Source: a virus. Taken from it: 64,000 bases of DNA. Positions 42,080 through 51,483 of the stretch are shown in pieces. Each line of letters opens with the position of its first letter. Position 1 is the first letter of the stretch. Both the position numbers and the translations under genes were made by a program. A model generated the notes under the pieces. That model saw nothing but the letters and a program-made list of their open reading frames with translations, did not search any database and was not told the origin of the DNA. The stretch is taken from positions 1-64,000 of IMG/VR virus record IMGVR_UViG_3300038379_000822. The stretch is one strand, 5' to 3'.

Positions 42080-43685
42080 TCGGCGGGGCGGCTCGAGCAC
42101 TGAGTCTCGCCGCGCTCGGCTCGAAGCGGCGGTGGTGTTCATGCTGCTTTGCTCGGCACAGGCGCCGGGAGGTCGAGCCCGAGGAAACGGCGCACTCCGT
42201 CACGGGTGCCGAGCGGATTGGCGCAGAGGAAGCGGAGCTTGAGGAAGAGGTGGTCGTGGTCCCGGTACCCACGGCCGCGACGGACCAAGGCTTCCCAGTT
42301 GTTGTTGAGGGCTTCGAGGCGGCCGGTCTTCGGGCGGAGTCGCACGAGGGCGAGGATGCCGTCCCAGTGAGCCAAGAGGCTGTCATGCAGCTTGCGCATC
42401 GGCTGGTTGGCGCGCCTCGCAGTGGCGCGGAGGATGTGATGCATCGCCGTTCCGAGTTCGGCGGCGCGCCGCAGCTTGAGCGCGTCACGCAGAGCCTCCA
42501 CGGTCTGGTAGGCGCGAGCGAGCTTACCGTTGCTGGCGACGAAGAGGGCTCGCAGCTGCTTGCGCTCGGGCTCGGCGAGGCGCGCCCAAGGTCGCAGCAA
42601 CAACCATCGCGCACCACGACCGAGGCCGCGGAGCTCAGCGCCGCCGCGGAAGAAGAGTTCGCGACGCAGTTCGCTGAGCGCTTCACCCGCGCGTTTCATG
42701 ATGTGGAAGGGGTCGTGCACGTAGGCCGCATGGGCGAGGTCCGGCTCCTCACGAATCGCCTTCTTGAAGGGCGCGTACATGTCGGACGCAACGAGCCGCA
42801 CGCGCCGCTTCTGCTTCTTGGTGAGCGTCGCGAGCCACTGCTTCACCGTCTCGGCGTCGCGACCGCGTCCCATCCAGACGGGCTCGCCAGTCTCGAGATC
42901 ACTCACCAGCGTGACGAAGCGCTCCGCGAGGCGGTTGCGTCGGCCGAGCCACTTCTCGTCGAGGCCGACGTGGCGAAGCGGCGGTCGAGGCGTCGACCGG
43001 TCCCAGCGCTCGAGCGCTGCCCGCTCCGCGCGCCTCACCGCATGCCAGTCCACTTCGTGCGCTGCGGCCACGTGGGAGAGCGGTGCCGACGCCGCCTCGA
43101 AGGCAAGCTGCTGCTGAAAAGCTCGGGTCGTTCGCTGCTTCGCGTCCGCCCAAGGCAGCAGCTCCGTGCACGAGCTCCCGCACTGCTTGCACCGGTACCG
43201 CGCCGCCGCGTACTCGATGCTCGCTGGATGACCGCGCAGCGGCAGCTCCTGCCACTGTCGGGGAGGGCGCCGCTCGTGGCACCGCGACTCCGGGACCAGA
43301 GCCCTGCAGTGCCCGCAGCGGGCCGCCCACCGGCGCCGCAACGTGATGACCAGCCGCGCCGACCGCGGCGCCGGCAGCATCGGCCCTACCTCGAGCTCGC
43401 GCCCGTCCGAGCCGACCCACCGGCAGCCCACCACTTTCCACCCCACGTAACCCGCTACCTCGTTCAGAATCCGCAGGCGCTGTCCCATCTCGGCCCTCTC
43501 CTCGGTGCTCAAGAACAACGAGAAGAAGCCACCGCACTTCGGCGGTGTCGATGGGGCAGCGCGCTCACCCGCCGACGCCCACGAACTCAAGCCAACCGAG
43601 CGAGATCAGCCGAGTTCGCGCCGACCCCGATTCGCCCGAAGAGCGGAAAACATCTTCTCGGCGCTCAGTGGTCGCGGTCAGGTTG
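42080..43685 (-). mobile_element. ISL3-family insertion sequence (boundaries approximate)
   Basis: Contains the transposase gene. The candidate imperfect terminal inverted repeats are GCTCGAGCACTGAG (about 42091..42104) and CTCAGTGGTCGCGG (about 43664..43677). No clean target duplication was found by eye. Confidence 0.5.
42139..43488 (-). CDS. ISL3-family DDE transposase (449 aa)
   Basis: N-terminal zinc-finger CGHC...CKQCG, HVGLDEKWLGRRN..FVTLVSDLETGEPVW, VASDMYAPFKKAI, VHDPFHIMKR, and C-terminal TGRLEALNNNWEALVRRGRGYRD. ATG 43488. Confidence 0.85.
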   Translation of the reverse strand: MGQRLRILNEVAGYVGWKVVGCRWVGSDGRELEVGPMLPAPRSARLVITLRRRWAARCGHCRALVPESRCHERRPPRQWQELPLRGHPASIEYAAARYRCKQCGSSCTELLPWADAKQRTTRAFQQQLAFEAASAPLSHVAAAHEVDWHAVRRAERAALERWDRSTPRPPLRHVGLDEKWLGRRNRLAERFVTLVSDLETGEPVWMGRGRDAETVKQWLATLTKKQKRRVRLVASDMYAPFKKAIREEPDLAHAAYVHDPFHIMKRAGEALSELRRELFFRGGAELRGLGRGARWLLLRPWARLAEPERKQLRALFVASNGKLARAYQTVEALRDALKLRRAAELGTAMHHILRATARRANQPMRKLHDSLLAHWDGILALVRLRPKTGRLEALNNNWEALVRRGRGYRDHDHLFLKLRFLCANPLGTRDGVRRFLGLDLPAPVPSKAA

Positions 43686-43744
43686 TCGAATCCGGTCGCT
43701 CGGCGATTGAAGGTCTGCTACCGATGTCCCATGATGGGTGCGTC

Positions 43745-43879
43745 ATGACCGATTACTTCCACGCCAAGGCATACCGGAACGGCAACCTGCACTTACGGTT
43801 CCGTAGCCTGGAGCTACTCGAGCGTTTCAACATGATGGCAGGCGGCCGACGCCTGAGCGGTGCCCGGGAAGGCGATTAA
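43745..43879 (+). pseudogene. Possible C-terminal gene remnant next to the IS (44 codons)
   Basis: MTDYFHAKAYRNGNLHLRFRSLELLERFNMMAGG reads like the conserved C-terminal end of a larger protein, but only a short ORF follows the IS. Confidence 0.3.
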
Positions 43880-43881
43880 CG

Positions 43882-44835
43882 ATGACCGACAAGAAGGATG
43901 ACGAGCCCACCTCTGCGGAGGTGGCGAAGAACAACGACCAAGGGCTCGCCAGCCCCATCCCCGCGGACGGCGGTCCCTGGTCCCTGTTCGGGGCCCCGCG
44001 AGATCCGGCGCAGTTCCGAGAAGCACTCGATGCGCGCCAGCGGGACCAAGAAGAAGAGAAAGTGCGCCAAGGTGCGTCCGATGACATCGTCTCCCGGGCT
44101 GTGCGGGAGCACGCCGAAGCTCGCGCGAAGCGTCTGACGAACGTGAAGCTCGTGCGTGATCTCACCGTCAAGAACACGCACAGGCGCACCGTGAACTGGG
44201 CGCGCGACGAAGCGGACGCGCGCACGACCGATGTGCTGCAGATGAAGCAAGCCCTGGGTCTGCTCGACTATCGCGATCAGCCCGGAACCACTCTCCGTAT
44301 ACTGGAAGATCTGAGCAGCACGGAACTCAGTGATCTCATCCGCGTGCTCTACATGCAGATCTACGTGATGGATGCGCGTCTTCTCGATATGCGGGCGCAT
44401 CATGAAAACAACCAGCGGCCGCCTGTACTGGGCGGCGGCATCTTCCGCGACAGAACCGATGACGATGTGGATAGGCGTGTCGACGAAACTTTCTCGCCAT
44501 ACGAGCGTGTCGACGAAGCTTTCGCGGCATATCGCGCCAAGACCACCGAGCCAGATGCGCCAACCATGACGGCGGCGAATTCACGCCAGGCTGGCCATGA
44601 TGCGGCACATCAGGCTTCGCCTGGTCGCCCCGTGCCGGTTCCGCCGGCACCCGCTTCCATGACGGTGGGCGGTGCCGCATCCGCGTATCAGCGTCGCGCC
44701 GTCGGGGAGGAGCTCGCCGAGCTATTGAAGCGTCAGCAGCTCGCTGGACGACCGGTCGCTCTCGAGCTCGAGCTCATCGCACGGCTGCTCCTGGCTGGAG
44801 CGAGCCTCAACGCCGACCTCGGCGGTCCGCACTGA
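43882..44835 (+). CDS. Hypothetical protein (317 aa)
   Basis: ATG lies 2 nt after the previous stop. Balanced composition. Confidence 0.65.
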   Translation: MTDKKDDEPTSAEVAKNNDQGLASPIPADGGPWSLFGAPRDPAQFREALDARQRDQEEEKVRQGASDDIVSRAVREHAEARAKRLTNVKLVRDLTVKNTHRRTVNWARDEADARTTDVLQMKQALGLLDYRDQPGTTLRILEDLSSTELSDLIRVLYMQIYVMDARLLDMRAHHENNQRPPVLGGGIFRDRTDDDVDRRVDETFSPYERVDEAFAAYRAKTTEPDAPTMTAANSRQAGHDAAHQASPGRPVPVPPAPASMTVGGAASAYQRRAVGEELAELLKRQQLAGRPVALELELIARLLLAGASLNADLGGPH

Positions 44836-44841
44836 GCGAGC

Positions 44842-45126
44842 ATGGCGGCTTCTAGCGCGAAGACGAAGACTGGGTTGCCATCGGGGTTCATCTTCGACGG
44901 CAACCCGTGGCACCCCGACGAGGCGTACTCGGCCTGGAAGAAGACGACGAAGCGGAAGCCTGGGGAACCGCCGAGCATCGACGAGCACGACGCGGTTGCC
45001 GCGATGCGCGCGAGCCCGAAACAGGTCACCTGGCACGCGCTGCGCCGCTTCTGCTCGGGAGACAAGGACGAAGTGGTCGCCCTGCTCTATGCCGCGCTGA
45101 AGCCGGATCGTAAGAGGACCCAATGA
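44842..45126 (+). CDS. Hypothetical protein (94 aa)
   Basis: The ORF starts 7 nt after the previous stop. Confidence 0.55.
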   Translation: MAASSAKTKTGLPSGFIFDGNPWHPDEAYSAWKKTTKRKPGEPPSIDEHDAVAAMRASPKQVTWHALRRFCSGDKDEVVALLYAALKPDRKRTQ

Positions 45127-45572
45127 GCAGCACGTCGTGGTCATCGCTAGTGAAGCAGGTGAGTCAGCCAGATGACGCATTGCGCGTGAGCGTCTCGGGC
45201 GAGTTCCGGTTCCACGTCTTTCGCGAAGGTCTGATCGTTGAGGATCAGCACTTCGCCTGCGAAGTGCACTTCTACACGAGCTGCTTCGCGGGGCACAGCT
45301 GCTCCCAGCAGACTAGCATCAGCGAGTGGTTCTACTGTTCGCTCTGGCGCGAACTCTACCCGGAGCCGCTTGCTGTGGGGCGTCAGACGCTGCCTGGGTA
45401 CCGGCTTCGCGACAGCGACATGCTGTTGCAGCTTGCGCAAGGCATTGCCGCACGGCCGGAGGATGTGACGTTCCTGAACGTATGCCTCATCGGGGATCCG
45501 AGTTTCACGCGTGCATTCAAAGAACTCGTTTATGACTGCAGGCGCGAGAACCGGCACGCTCAGCGCACCTGA
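45123..45572 (+). CDS. Hypothetical protein (149 aa), last gene of the rightward block
   Basis: ATGA overlap. Its 3' end overlaps the convergent giant ORF by 13 nt. Confidence 0.6.
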   Translation: MSSTSWSSLVKQVSQPDDALRVSVSGEFRFHVFREGLIVEDQHFACEVHFYTSCFAGHSCSQQTSISEWFYCSLWRELYPEPLAVGRQTLPGYRLRDSDMLLQLAQGIAARPEDVTFLNVCLIGDPSFTRAFKELVYDCRRENRHAQRT

Positions 45573-48500
45573 AGCGCGGCCATCACACGGAACGGCGACG
45601 GCAGCGCGCTCGTCATCTTGACCGCTGCATCCTGCATCGCCGTGAGCGCCGACTCCGTGACGTAGACGTGCGTGTCGGACGGGTTCTTGGTGATGCGCCC
45701 ATCGAAGCCAATCCGGAACAGCTTCGTGCGCGCAGCGCTATCCGCACGATGCTTCAGGAGCACGCGGCGTCCCGGGTTCTCAACCATCTTCTTGCGACGC
45801 GACGCGCGCTCACCCCCTGCGCTGGCGATGACGATGTCCGTCTCTGCGGACCGGCGACGCTCCGCCCGCACGGCTTCGGCTGCCGACCTGCTGATGCGTA
45901 GCGACATGTTCCCGGTCTCCGGGTCGAGCAGCTCCATCACCGACGCTTCTTCCGCGGAGACGCGCGAGATCTCGGCGGCGAAGCTCAGACTGACGGCCAT
46001 CTGCTGAGCGGCGGCCTCGAGCTGAGCCGGAGTAGCTTCCTCGGTCGTGACCTCCTCGCCAGTGAGCAGCTTGCGCACGATGGCTGCCTGCGACGTGAGC
46101 CATAACCGGCGAGCGTTGGCGCCAGCGACGATGGTTCCTCCGATCTCGCGAGCTTGGCGCTCCATCTGCTCGGGCGCAGGGACGACCGTGGCCAGGTACT
46201 GGAGCATCACGCCCCACACGAGCTTGGTGTTGTCGCCCTTGTCCGCGCGGATGCCCTTGCTCTCGCGTCCGGTGGCGACGACGTACTCCCACATCGCTCG
46301 GCATGCGCGCCGCAGGACGAGTTGCGGGAACGGAACATCAAACCGCGCACGAAATCGCTGCTGGGCGCTCTCATCGAGCGTAATCGTGTGCTTCTTCTGA
46401 TCGATCGCGAAGAACGCGGCGTCGAAGAGCGGGCTGTCCGCGAAGATGTTCACCGGACCGGGGTCGCCCTCTGCGAGAGGCACGTAACGATTCAGGTAGG
46501 CGATCACGAGCGGTCGGATATCGCGCCCGGTCTCGCGGCCGCCGAGGTCGGCGTCTTCCGGAAGCGGCAACGCCTTGGCCTCAAAGCCTGCGCGCAGGAG
46601 AGCCACGTTCTCCTTGGTCGCTGCAAGCTGCTCGCGGTACTCGCGCTTCCCCGTGATCCCGTAGCGGCTGACGATGCGCTCGGTGACCTCGGCATCGCCC
46701 GCGAAGAACTGCTTGCTCAGCGCGTTGAGCTCCGCGAGCTTTCGTTGCTCCTCGAGGTAGAAGGTCAGCTCCTTCTCGAGCAGCTCTCGCCGCTTCTCAA
46801 CGCTCTGCTCGGCGAAGGCGACGTTCTTGCGGCGGGTCTCCTTGCGTTCGGAGCTGAGACGCTGCCCCGTGACGCTGGCCAGCCAGCTCGTGAACCGCTT
46901 CCATTCGTCGGCGCTGCGCTTGTAGATGCTGTGCACCGGATCGTCTTCCGCGAACCATACCGGCAGCTCTTCCGCAAACCCCACGCCCGAGCTCGCCGCA
47001 CCGATGAATGCTTCCGCGAAGGCCTCATCGTCCTTGCGATCTTCGACCCCGCGCCCGCGCTTCATCTCCGTCATGTAGCGAGCCGTCACCAAGAAGGTGT
47101 GGGCGTTGAGCTCGAACCACTTGGCGAGCCAGTCGTCGCTGTGTGCCCGCAGTGCCGCGCCGCGCTCGATGGCGGCCTCGTAGGGCATCCACGTGGGCGT
47201 CGGCCGCTTCCGCTTGCGGAAGTACTCGAGCAGCGTCCCGGTGATGTGCGAGAAGGCCCCGAACCATCGCATGAGCCCATACGTGCGACTCGGTTGAGCG
47301 CTGCCTGCCCAGTCGGCGTAGAGCCGATCGAGCGCGTTCAGCAGCGGCGTGTCCTCGGTATCGGGCCAGATCTGCGCTGGGGCAAGCACGGGGAGCGCCG
47401 GGATCTTGATCTTCTTCTTCTCGGTCGAGAAGACCGGATCAGCGAGCACGATGCCGTCATCGGAGACGTGGCTCGCTCGCGCAAAGAAGGGGAGCAGCGT
47501 ATCGACCCCGATGCCGTAGTTCCGGGGCCATGGATCGTAGAACTCGGCCAAGAACGAGTGCTTGTTGTTGTTCAGCTGGTAGAGCTTCTCGCCGCGCGAC
47601 TCGTCGATGACTTCAGCACCAGGGCGCGCGGTCTTGCTCGTCTTGGTCCATTCGATGCGCTCCGCATCATCGGTTCCGAACATGTCGTAAGCCCAGTCCG
47701 GCGACCCGGCACTCACGTCATCGACCGGGCTATGCGGGACCTCGGCCTGCCGGTGCTCGCCGGCATCGAGATCGACAGCCACGATGCGGTCATCGCGATC
47801 GACGATGGCCACACCGCCGGGTCCGGGCTCGACATCGACGGCGCGGAGGGGAACGTCCTCGCCGATCGTGGGCACCACAGGGACCTCCCAGGGGGGAGGG
47901 GCCTCGGCCACGGGCGCGGGCGGAGCGACTGGAGGAGGAGGCTCTGGACGGCGCGGAGCGGCCGCAGCAGGCGACTGCTGCACTTCGACCGCGTAGGTGT
48001 CGATCACCTGCGGCGAAGGCTTTCTGGGAGCGCTTGGCGGCGGCGAAGCCGGTTGCGCTGGAGCAGTCGAGATGCCGGCCCGGGCCGCAATCTTCTCGAT
48101 GTAGGACAGGATCTCGGTCTGACCGGTGAGGCGTTCGGCCGCGCCAATCTCCTCGAGGTAGCCCTCGGTGGTGGTCACCGACTCATGCCCCAAGATCGCC
48201 TGCACCTCCCGCAAGGGCTTGCCGGCCTCGATCATGGCCGTCGCGGCAAAGTGCCGAAGGGCGTGCGGATGCAGTAGCTTCAGCTCATCGTCCGTGAGCC
48301 CAGCATGCAGTCCGAGCCGTCGAAGCCACGCGCGACTCGCGGGGCGCGTCATGCTTCGCCGGTAGTTGAGCTCGGCGTTCGGCTTGAACTCCTGGTACTT
48401 GCCAGCAGCATTCGCTCCCCAGAGCCGCAGCGGAGGGAAGAGTGGAGCATCGGCGTTCACGACGAGTTCGCGTAGGCGTTCGTCCGCGCGAGGGCGGCGC

Positions 48501-49669
48501 GAATCCACTTCCAATGCCGCCTGAAACTGCAGGAGCGCTTGGTAGGCGACCGAGGGATACGGCAGGATCATGCGCTTCCCGCCCTTGCGCAGCAGCAGCA
48601 CACGCGGCTCCGTGCCCGTCGCATCGAGCCAACCAGGCCACTGAACCCCTTGCCGAGGCGGTGGCTCCGCTCGGCGCAGATTCAGCGTCTCGCTGATGCG
48701 CGAGCCGAGCAGGATCAGGAAGAGGAACATCGCCCGATCACGCAGGCCTTCGGTCGACTTCACGGTATCGAGGTAGGCCAAGATCTTCGGCACGATCTCG
48801 GGTGGCATGCGCTTCATGGCGCGTCGCGACTTCCGTTCACTGGAGAAGCCGCTCGAGAGCCGGCTCTTCAGTCCATCGAAGATGTCGTACTTCACGAGCG
48901 GCGTATCGGGTCCGGTGTTCTCTCCGCGCCCGAGCACCTTCCAGAAACTGGAGAGCGCCGACACCCGCTGCAGGATGGATGCGCGACTCAGGCCGCGCGG
49001 CTGCGGGATCATGTACGTGTAGATGTCGCGGATGGGCTTCCCATCGATGACCGAGGTGGAGAAGATCGCCATGCCGCGATGCTGAGCACGCAACTGCGCG
49101 ATGGTCGGAGTGCGGATGAGCAGACGATGCAGCACCATGCGCCCGAGTCGTGCGGCGAGCTGCTCACCGTTCAGCGCATCGTCGGCTTTGCGCTCCGCGT
49201 CCGTGAACATCCCCTCGATGTCCCGTTGCGTGGCGCGCCCTCCCAGCTTGGTAACGATCTCGAAGACGCGTCGGCGGATGGGATCGTCGCTGTCTTTCGC
49301 GCGCTCGGCGACCAGAGAGAAGGGTCGGTTCGCGAGCCAGTTGACGTACTCCTCGGCATCGGAGCGAAGCACCTGGTGTGGCGCCACCGGGCGTCCATAC
49401 TTGACCGCCAGCCACTCGAAGAACTCCGACAGCGCGCGCGAGTAGGCGATCTTGGTGTGGGGCGAGCGCTGACCGATGTAGCTCTGCCAGGTGTCGCCGC
49501 TGCTGCTCGAGGGCTGCCCGAAGAACGCGTCGAGAGCGGCAAGGCACCGCCGGGCTTCGTCCCGGTTGCCGAAGGCGTCGACCCAGGCCTTCACCGATGC
49601 CTCGTCGCGTTTCCCGCGGAAGATGGCGAGCTCGGGGCGGTTCTTGGTCAGCGCGGTCGATCGGGGCAT
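45560..49669 (-). CDS. Giant tyrosine recombinase/integrase fusion (1369 aa): N-terminal ~520-aa integrase, Pro/Ala linker, ~800-aa C-terminal region of unknown function
   Basis: Integrase signatures: SAM-like AYSRALSEFFEWL...AEEYVNWL, LLGSRISETLNLR, HPHALRHFAATAMIEAG and ILGHESVTTTEGYL. The single uninterrupted ORF has balanced composition throughout. Confidence 0.85.
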   Translation of the reverse strand: MPRSTALTKNRPELAIFRGKRDEASVKAWVDAFGNRDEARRCLAALDAFFGQPSSSSGDTWQSYIGQRSPHTKIAYSRALSEFFEWLAVKYGRPVAPHQVLRSDAEEYVNWLANRPFSLVAERAKDSDDPIRRRVFEIVTKLGGRATQRDIEGMFTDAERKADDALNGEQLAARLGRMVLHRLLIRTPTIAQLRAQHRGMAIFSTSVIDGKPIRDIYTYMIPQPRGLSRASILQRVSALSSFWKVLGRGENTGPDTPLVKYDIFDGLKSRLSSGFSSERKSRRAMKRMPPEIVPKILAYLDTVKSTEGLRDRAMFLFLILLGSRISETLNLRRAEPPPRQGVQWPGWLDATGTEPRVLLLRKGGKRMILPYPSVAYQALLQFQAALEVDSRRPRADERLRELVVNADAPLFPPLRLWGANAAGKYQEFKPNAELNYRRSMTRPASRAWLRRLGLHAGLTDDELKLLHPHALRHFAATAMIEAGKPLREVQAILGHESVTTTEGYLEEIGAAERLTGQTEILSYIEKIAARAGISTAPAQPASPPPSAPRKPSPQVIDTYAVEVQQSPAAAAPRRPEPPPPVAPPAPVAEAPPPWEVPVVPTIGEDVPLRAVDVEPGPGGVAIVDRDDRIVAVDLDAGEHRQAEVPHSPVDDVSAGSPDWAYDMFGTDDAERIEWTKTSKTARPGAEVIDESRGEKLYQLNNNKHSFLAEFYDPWPRNYGIGVDTLLPFFARASHVSDDGIVLADPVFSTEKKKIKIPALPVLAPAQIWPDTEDTPLLNALDRLYADWAGSAQPSRTYGLMRWFGAFSHITGTLLEYFRKRKRPTPTWMPYEAAIERGAALRAHSDDWLAKWFELNAHTFLVTARYMTEMKRGRGVEDRKDDEAFAEAFIGAASSGVGFAEELPVWFAEDDPVHSIYKRSADEWKRFTSWLASVTGQRLSSERKETRRKNVAFAEQSVEKRRELLEKELTFYLEEQRKLAELNALSKQFFAGDAEVTERIVSRYGITGKREYREQLAATKENVALLRAGFEAKALPLPEDADLGGRETGRDIRPLVIAYLNRYVPLAEGDPGPVNIFADSPLFDAAFFAIDQKKHTITLDESAQQRFRARFDVPFPQLVLRRACRAMWEYVVATGRESKGIRADKGDNTKLVWGVMLQYLATVVPAPEQMERQAREIGGTIVAGANARRLWLTSQAAIVRKLLTGEEVTTEEATPAQLEAAAQQMAVSLSFAAEISRVSAEEASVMELLDPETGNMSLRISRSAAEAVRAERRRSAETDIVIASAGGERASRRKKMVENPGRRVLLKHRADSAARTKLFRIGFDGRITKNPSDTHVYVTESALTAMQDAAVKMTSALPSPFRVMAALQVR

Positions 49670-49673
49670 CGTG

Positions 49674-49685
49674 TTATGGAAACGT
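49674..49685 (-). promoter_or_regulatory. Single copy of the IR2 arm (ACGTTTCCATAA in minus sense), 4 nt upstream of the recombinase ATG
   Basis: Plus-strand TTATGGAAACGT at 49674..49685 is identical to the right arm of IR2 (20092..20103). Confidence 0.5.
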
Positions 49686-49737
49686 ACGCGAGTCCGGCTC
49701 CATCCTCAACGGTCACCTGTCGTGATACCGTCAATGG

Positions 49738-50316
49738 ATGCGCCGTGAAGTGCCGATGACCGACGACCAGATCAACCTCTACCGACTCTTCGGCATCGAG
49801 GCGTCCACCATCCTCCCGAACCGCCTCTACATGGGCTCCATCCCGCCCAAGGGGCCTCTCGTCGAACGCGCTGGCTTCACGCATCTGGTGCTCTGCGCCG
49901 AGGAGTACCAACCCCGGAGCACCGAGTTCTCGCCAGGTCTCAAGGTTCTGCACGTTCCGATGCGTGACGACGGGCAGCCGCTTGCGGCCAACGCCGAACG
50001 GCAGATCGAACACGCTGCTGCCGCCGTCGCTGACTACATCGTGCGGGGAGCGCGCGTGCTCGTCACGTGCGCCGCCGGACGCAACCGCTCCGGCATCATC
50101 TGCGCCTTCACGCTCGCTCGAGCCACTCGGATCTCGCCCTGGCGTGCCGGGCTGCGCATCCGTGGCCTGCGTGTGACGCCTGATGGGGCACCCGCGATGA
50201 CGAATCCCGCCTTCAATGCCTTCGCGCTGCGACGCTCCACCCACGATGTCGACGCGGTGCGTTCGTCGCGACGTGCACGACGTGCTCATGACTTCGGCGC
50301 CATCCTACCTAGATAG
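49738..50316 (+). CDS. Cys-based dual-specificity/tyrosine protein phosphatase
   Basis: Active-site loop VLVTCAAGRNRSG (CX5R-S). Upstream VPMRDDG (candidate general-acid loop). Alternative ATG 49756. Confidence 0.8.
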   Translation: MRREVPMTDDQINLYRLFGIEASTILPNRLYMGSIPPKGPLVERAGFTHLVLCAEEYQPRSTEFSPGLKVLHVPMRDDGQPLAANAERQIEHAAAAVADYIVRGARVLVTCAAGRNRSGIICAFTLARATRISPWRAGLRIRGLRVTPDGAPAMTNPAFNAFALRRSTHDVDAVRSSRRARRAHDFGAILPR

Positions 50317-50960
50317 TACCGCGTCTCGTCGTCCCACATCTCGCGCGCAGCGATGAGCTTCATCGATCCTGACTTCGCGAACTTCTGCTCCATCGTTTCG
50401 ACGACCAGCCCGCGCAGAATCCCCGTCACAGCGATGTTGAGCGCCTGTGCTCGGCGCCGCAGCGCGCGATAGGCCCCCGCCGTGACCAGCGCGCGCTCCA
50501 CGTATGGGTACTTCGTCGTGCCGTCGACCCGGTGAACACCTGGATCAATCGCGGAGTACTCCCGCCCGCGATACACCCAGCCCTCCGTCATGTGGCGCGG
50601 CTCCCACGTGCCCATCAAGTACAGGTGCACGATGCTTCGCAGGAGCACACTGCCGTCAACACCGCGATGCATGGCGTACGCCTTCCACTCATCGAAGATC
50701 ACGCGTGGAAACCTGATCTCGACCTGCGGATGCTTGCTCCCAGCCTTCTTGTCACCCAACACTGGTTGCAGTCCCGCTTCCTGGGCTCGGCGTTTCCGGA
50801 GTTCGAATGCATCGCGCAGCGCATCGGGCGCCACGCCCAGACGTTGAGCCAACACCACGAGCTGTTGCTCTTCCAACACTCGCGCAGTGACGGCCGACAC
50901 GCTCAGCTTGTCGATCAACCAGGCTCGGAATCCGTCGAGTGCGTCGCGCCTACCGCCCAT
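50286..50960 (-). CDS. Hypothetical protein (224 aa)
   Basis: Minus-strand ORF whose 3' end overlaps the convergent phosphatase gene by 31 nt. Confidence 0.65.
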   Translation of the reverse strand: MGGRRDALDGFRAWLIDKLSVSAVTARVLEEQQLVVLAQRLGVAPDALRDAFELRKRRAQEAGLQPVLGDKKAGSKHPQVEIRFPRVIFDEWKAYAMHRGVDGSVLLRSIVHLYLMGTWEPRHMTEGWVYRGREYSAIDPGVHRVDGTTKYPYVERALVTAGAYRALRRRAQALNIAVTGILRGLVVETMEQKFAKSGSMKLIAAREMWDDETRYYLGRMAPKS

Positions 50961-51483
50961 ATGCGTGCACCATCGCCGACAACTTCGCCAGCACCATGAT
51001 CACGGCAAGCACCATGACCGCAACGACCACAACACTGAGCACCCAGCGGACTCCCTGGTGCCGTTCCGGCCGCGGTCTCGTCAGGATGCGCTCATGCTTC
51101 GCTGGCCTCATCTCCCGTTTCGCCGCCTGCAGCGCCTTGACCTTGGCCGCCTGCAGCAGCTTCGCCCTCAACTGCTCCCTCTCCGCGCGCATCGTCGGCA
51201 TGATCCGGTGGCGCATTGCATGCAGGAGCTGGAGTGGCCTGGCCCCATCAAGATGGTCCTCCTGGTTCAGCCCTTCGATGCGGCACATCAAGCACCAGCG
51301 CCAGCTTCCACTGGGCGCCTGGTGCCGCATGAGCGTCGCGACGAAGTCGCCGGAGCTGGTCACGAACCGCAGCCCTTCGCGGCATGACCAGACGCCATCG
51401 GTGAGCATCTCGAGCTCCTGCACCCTGTAGCCGCGCCACGCGAACGAGCGCAGCAGAATCTGTCCCTGGCGCATCGCGTTCAC
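50950..51483 (-). CDS. Hypothetical protein with a C-terminal TM anchor (177 aa)
   Basis: C-terminal WVLSVVVVAVMVLAVIMVLA. Confidence 0.6.
   Translation of the reverse strand: MNAMRQGQILLRSFAWRGYRVQELEMLTDGVWSCREGLRFVTSSGDFVATLMRHQAPSGSWRWCLMCRIEGLNQEDHLDGARPLQLLHAMRHRIMPTMRAEREQLRAKLLQAAKVKALQAAKREMRPAKHERILTRPRPERHQGVRWVLSVVVVAVMVLAVIMVLAKLSAMVHAYGR

Noticed and set aside
43655-43712. tRNA-like fragment (GCGCTCAGTGGTCGCG ... GGTTGTCGAATCCGG) at the right IS boundary, a possible att/tRNA remnant
   Set aside because: It has no anticodon arm, a T-loop-like GTCGAATCC with a broken stem, and is too short for a tRNA. It is more likely IS terminal sequence.
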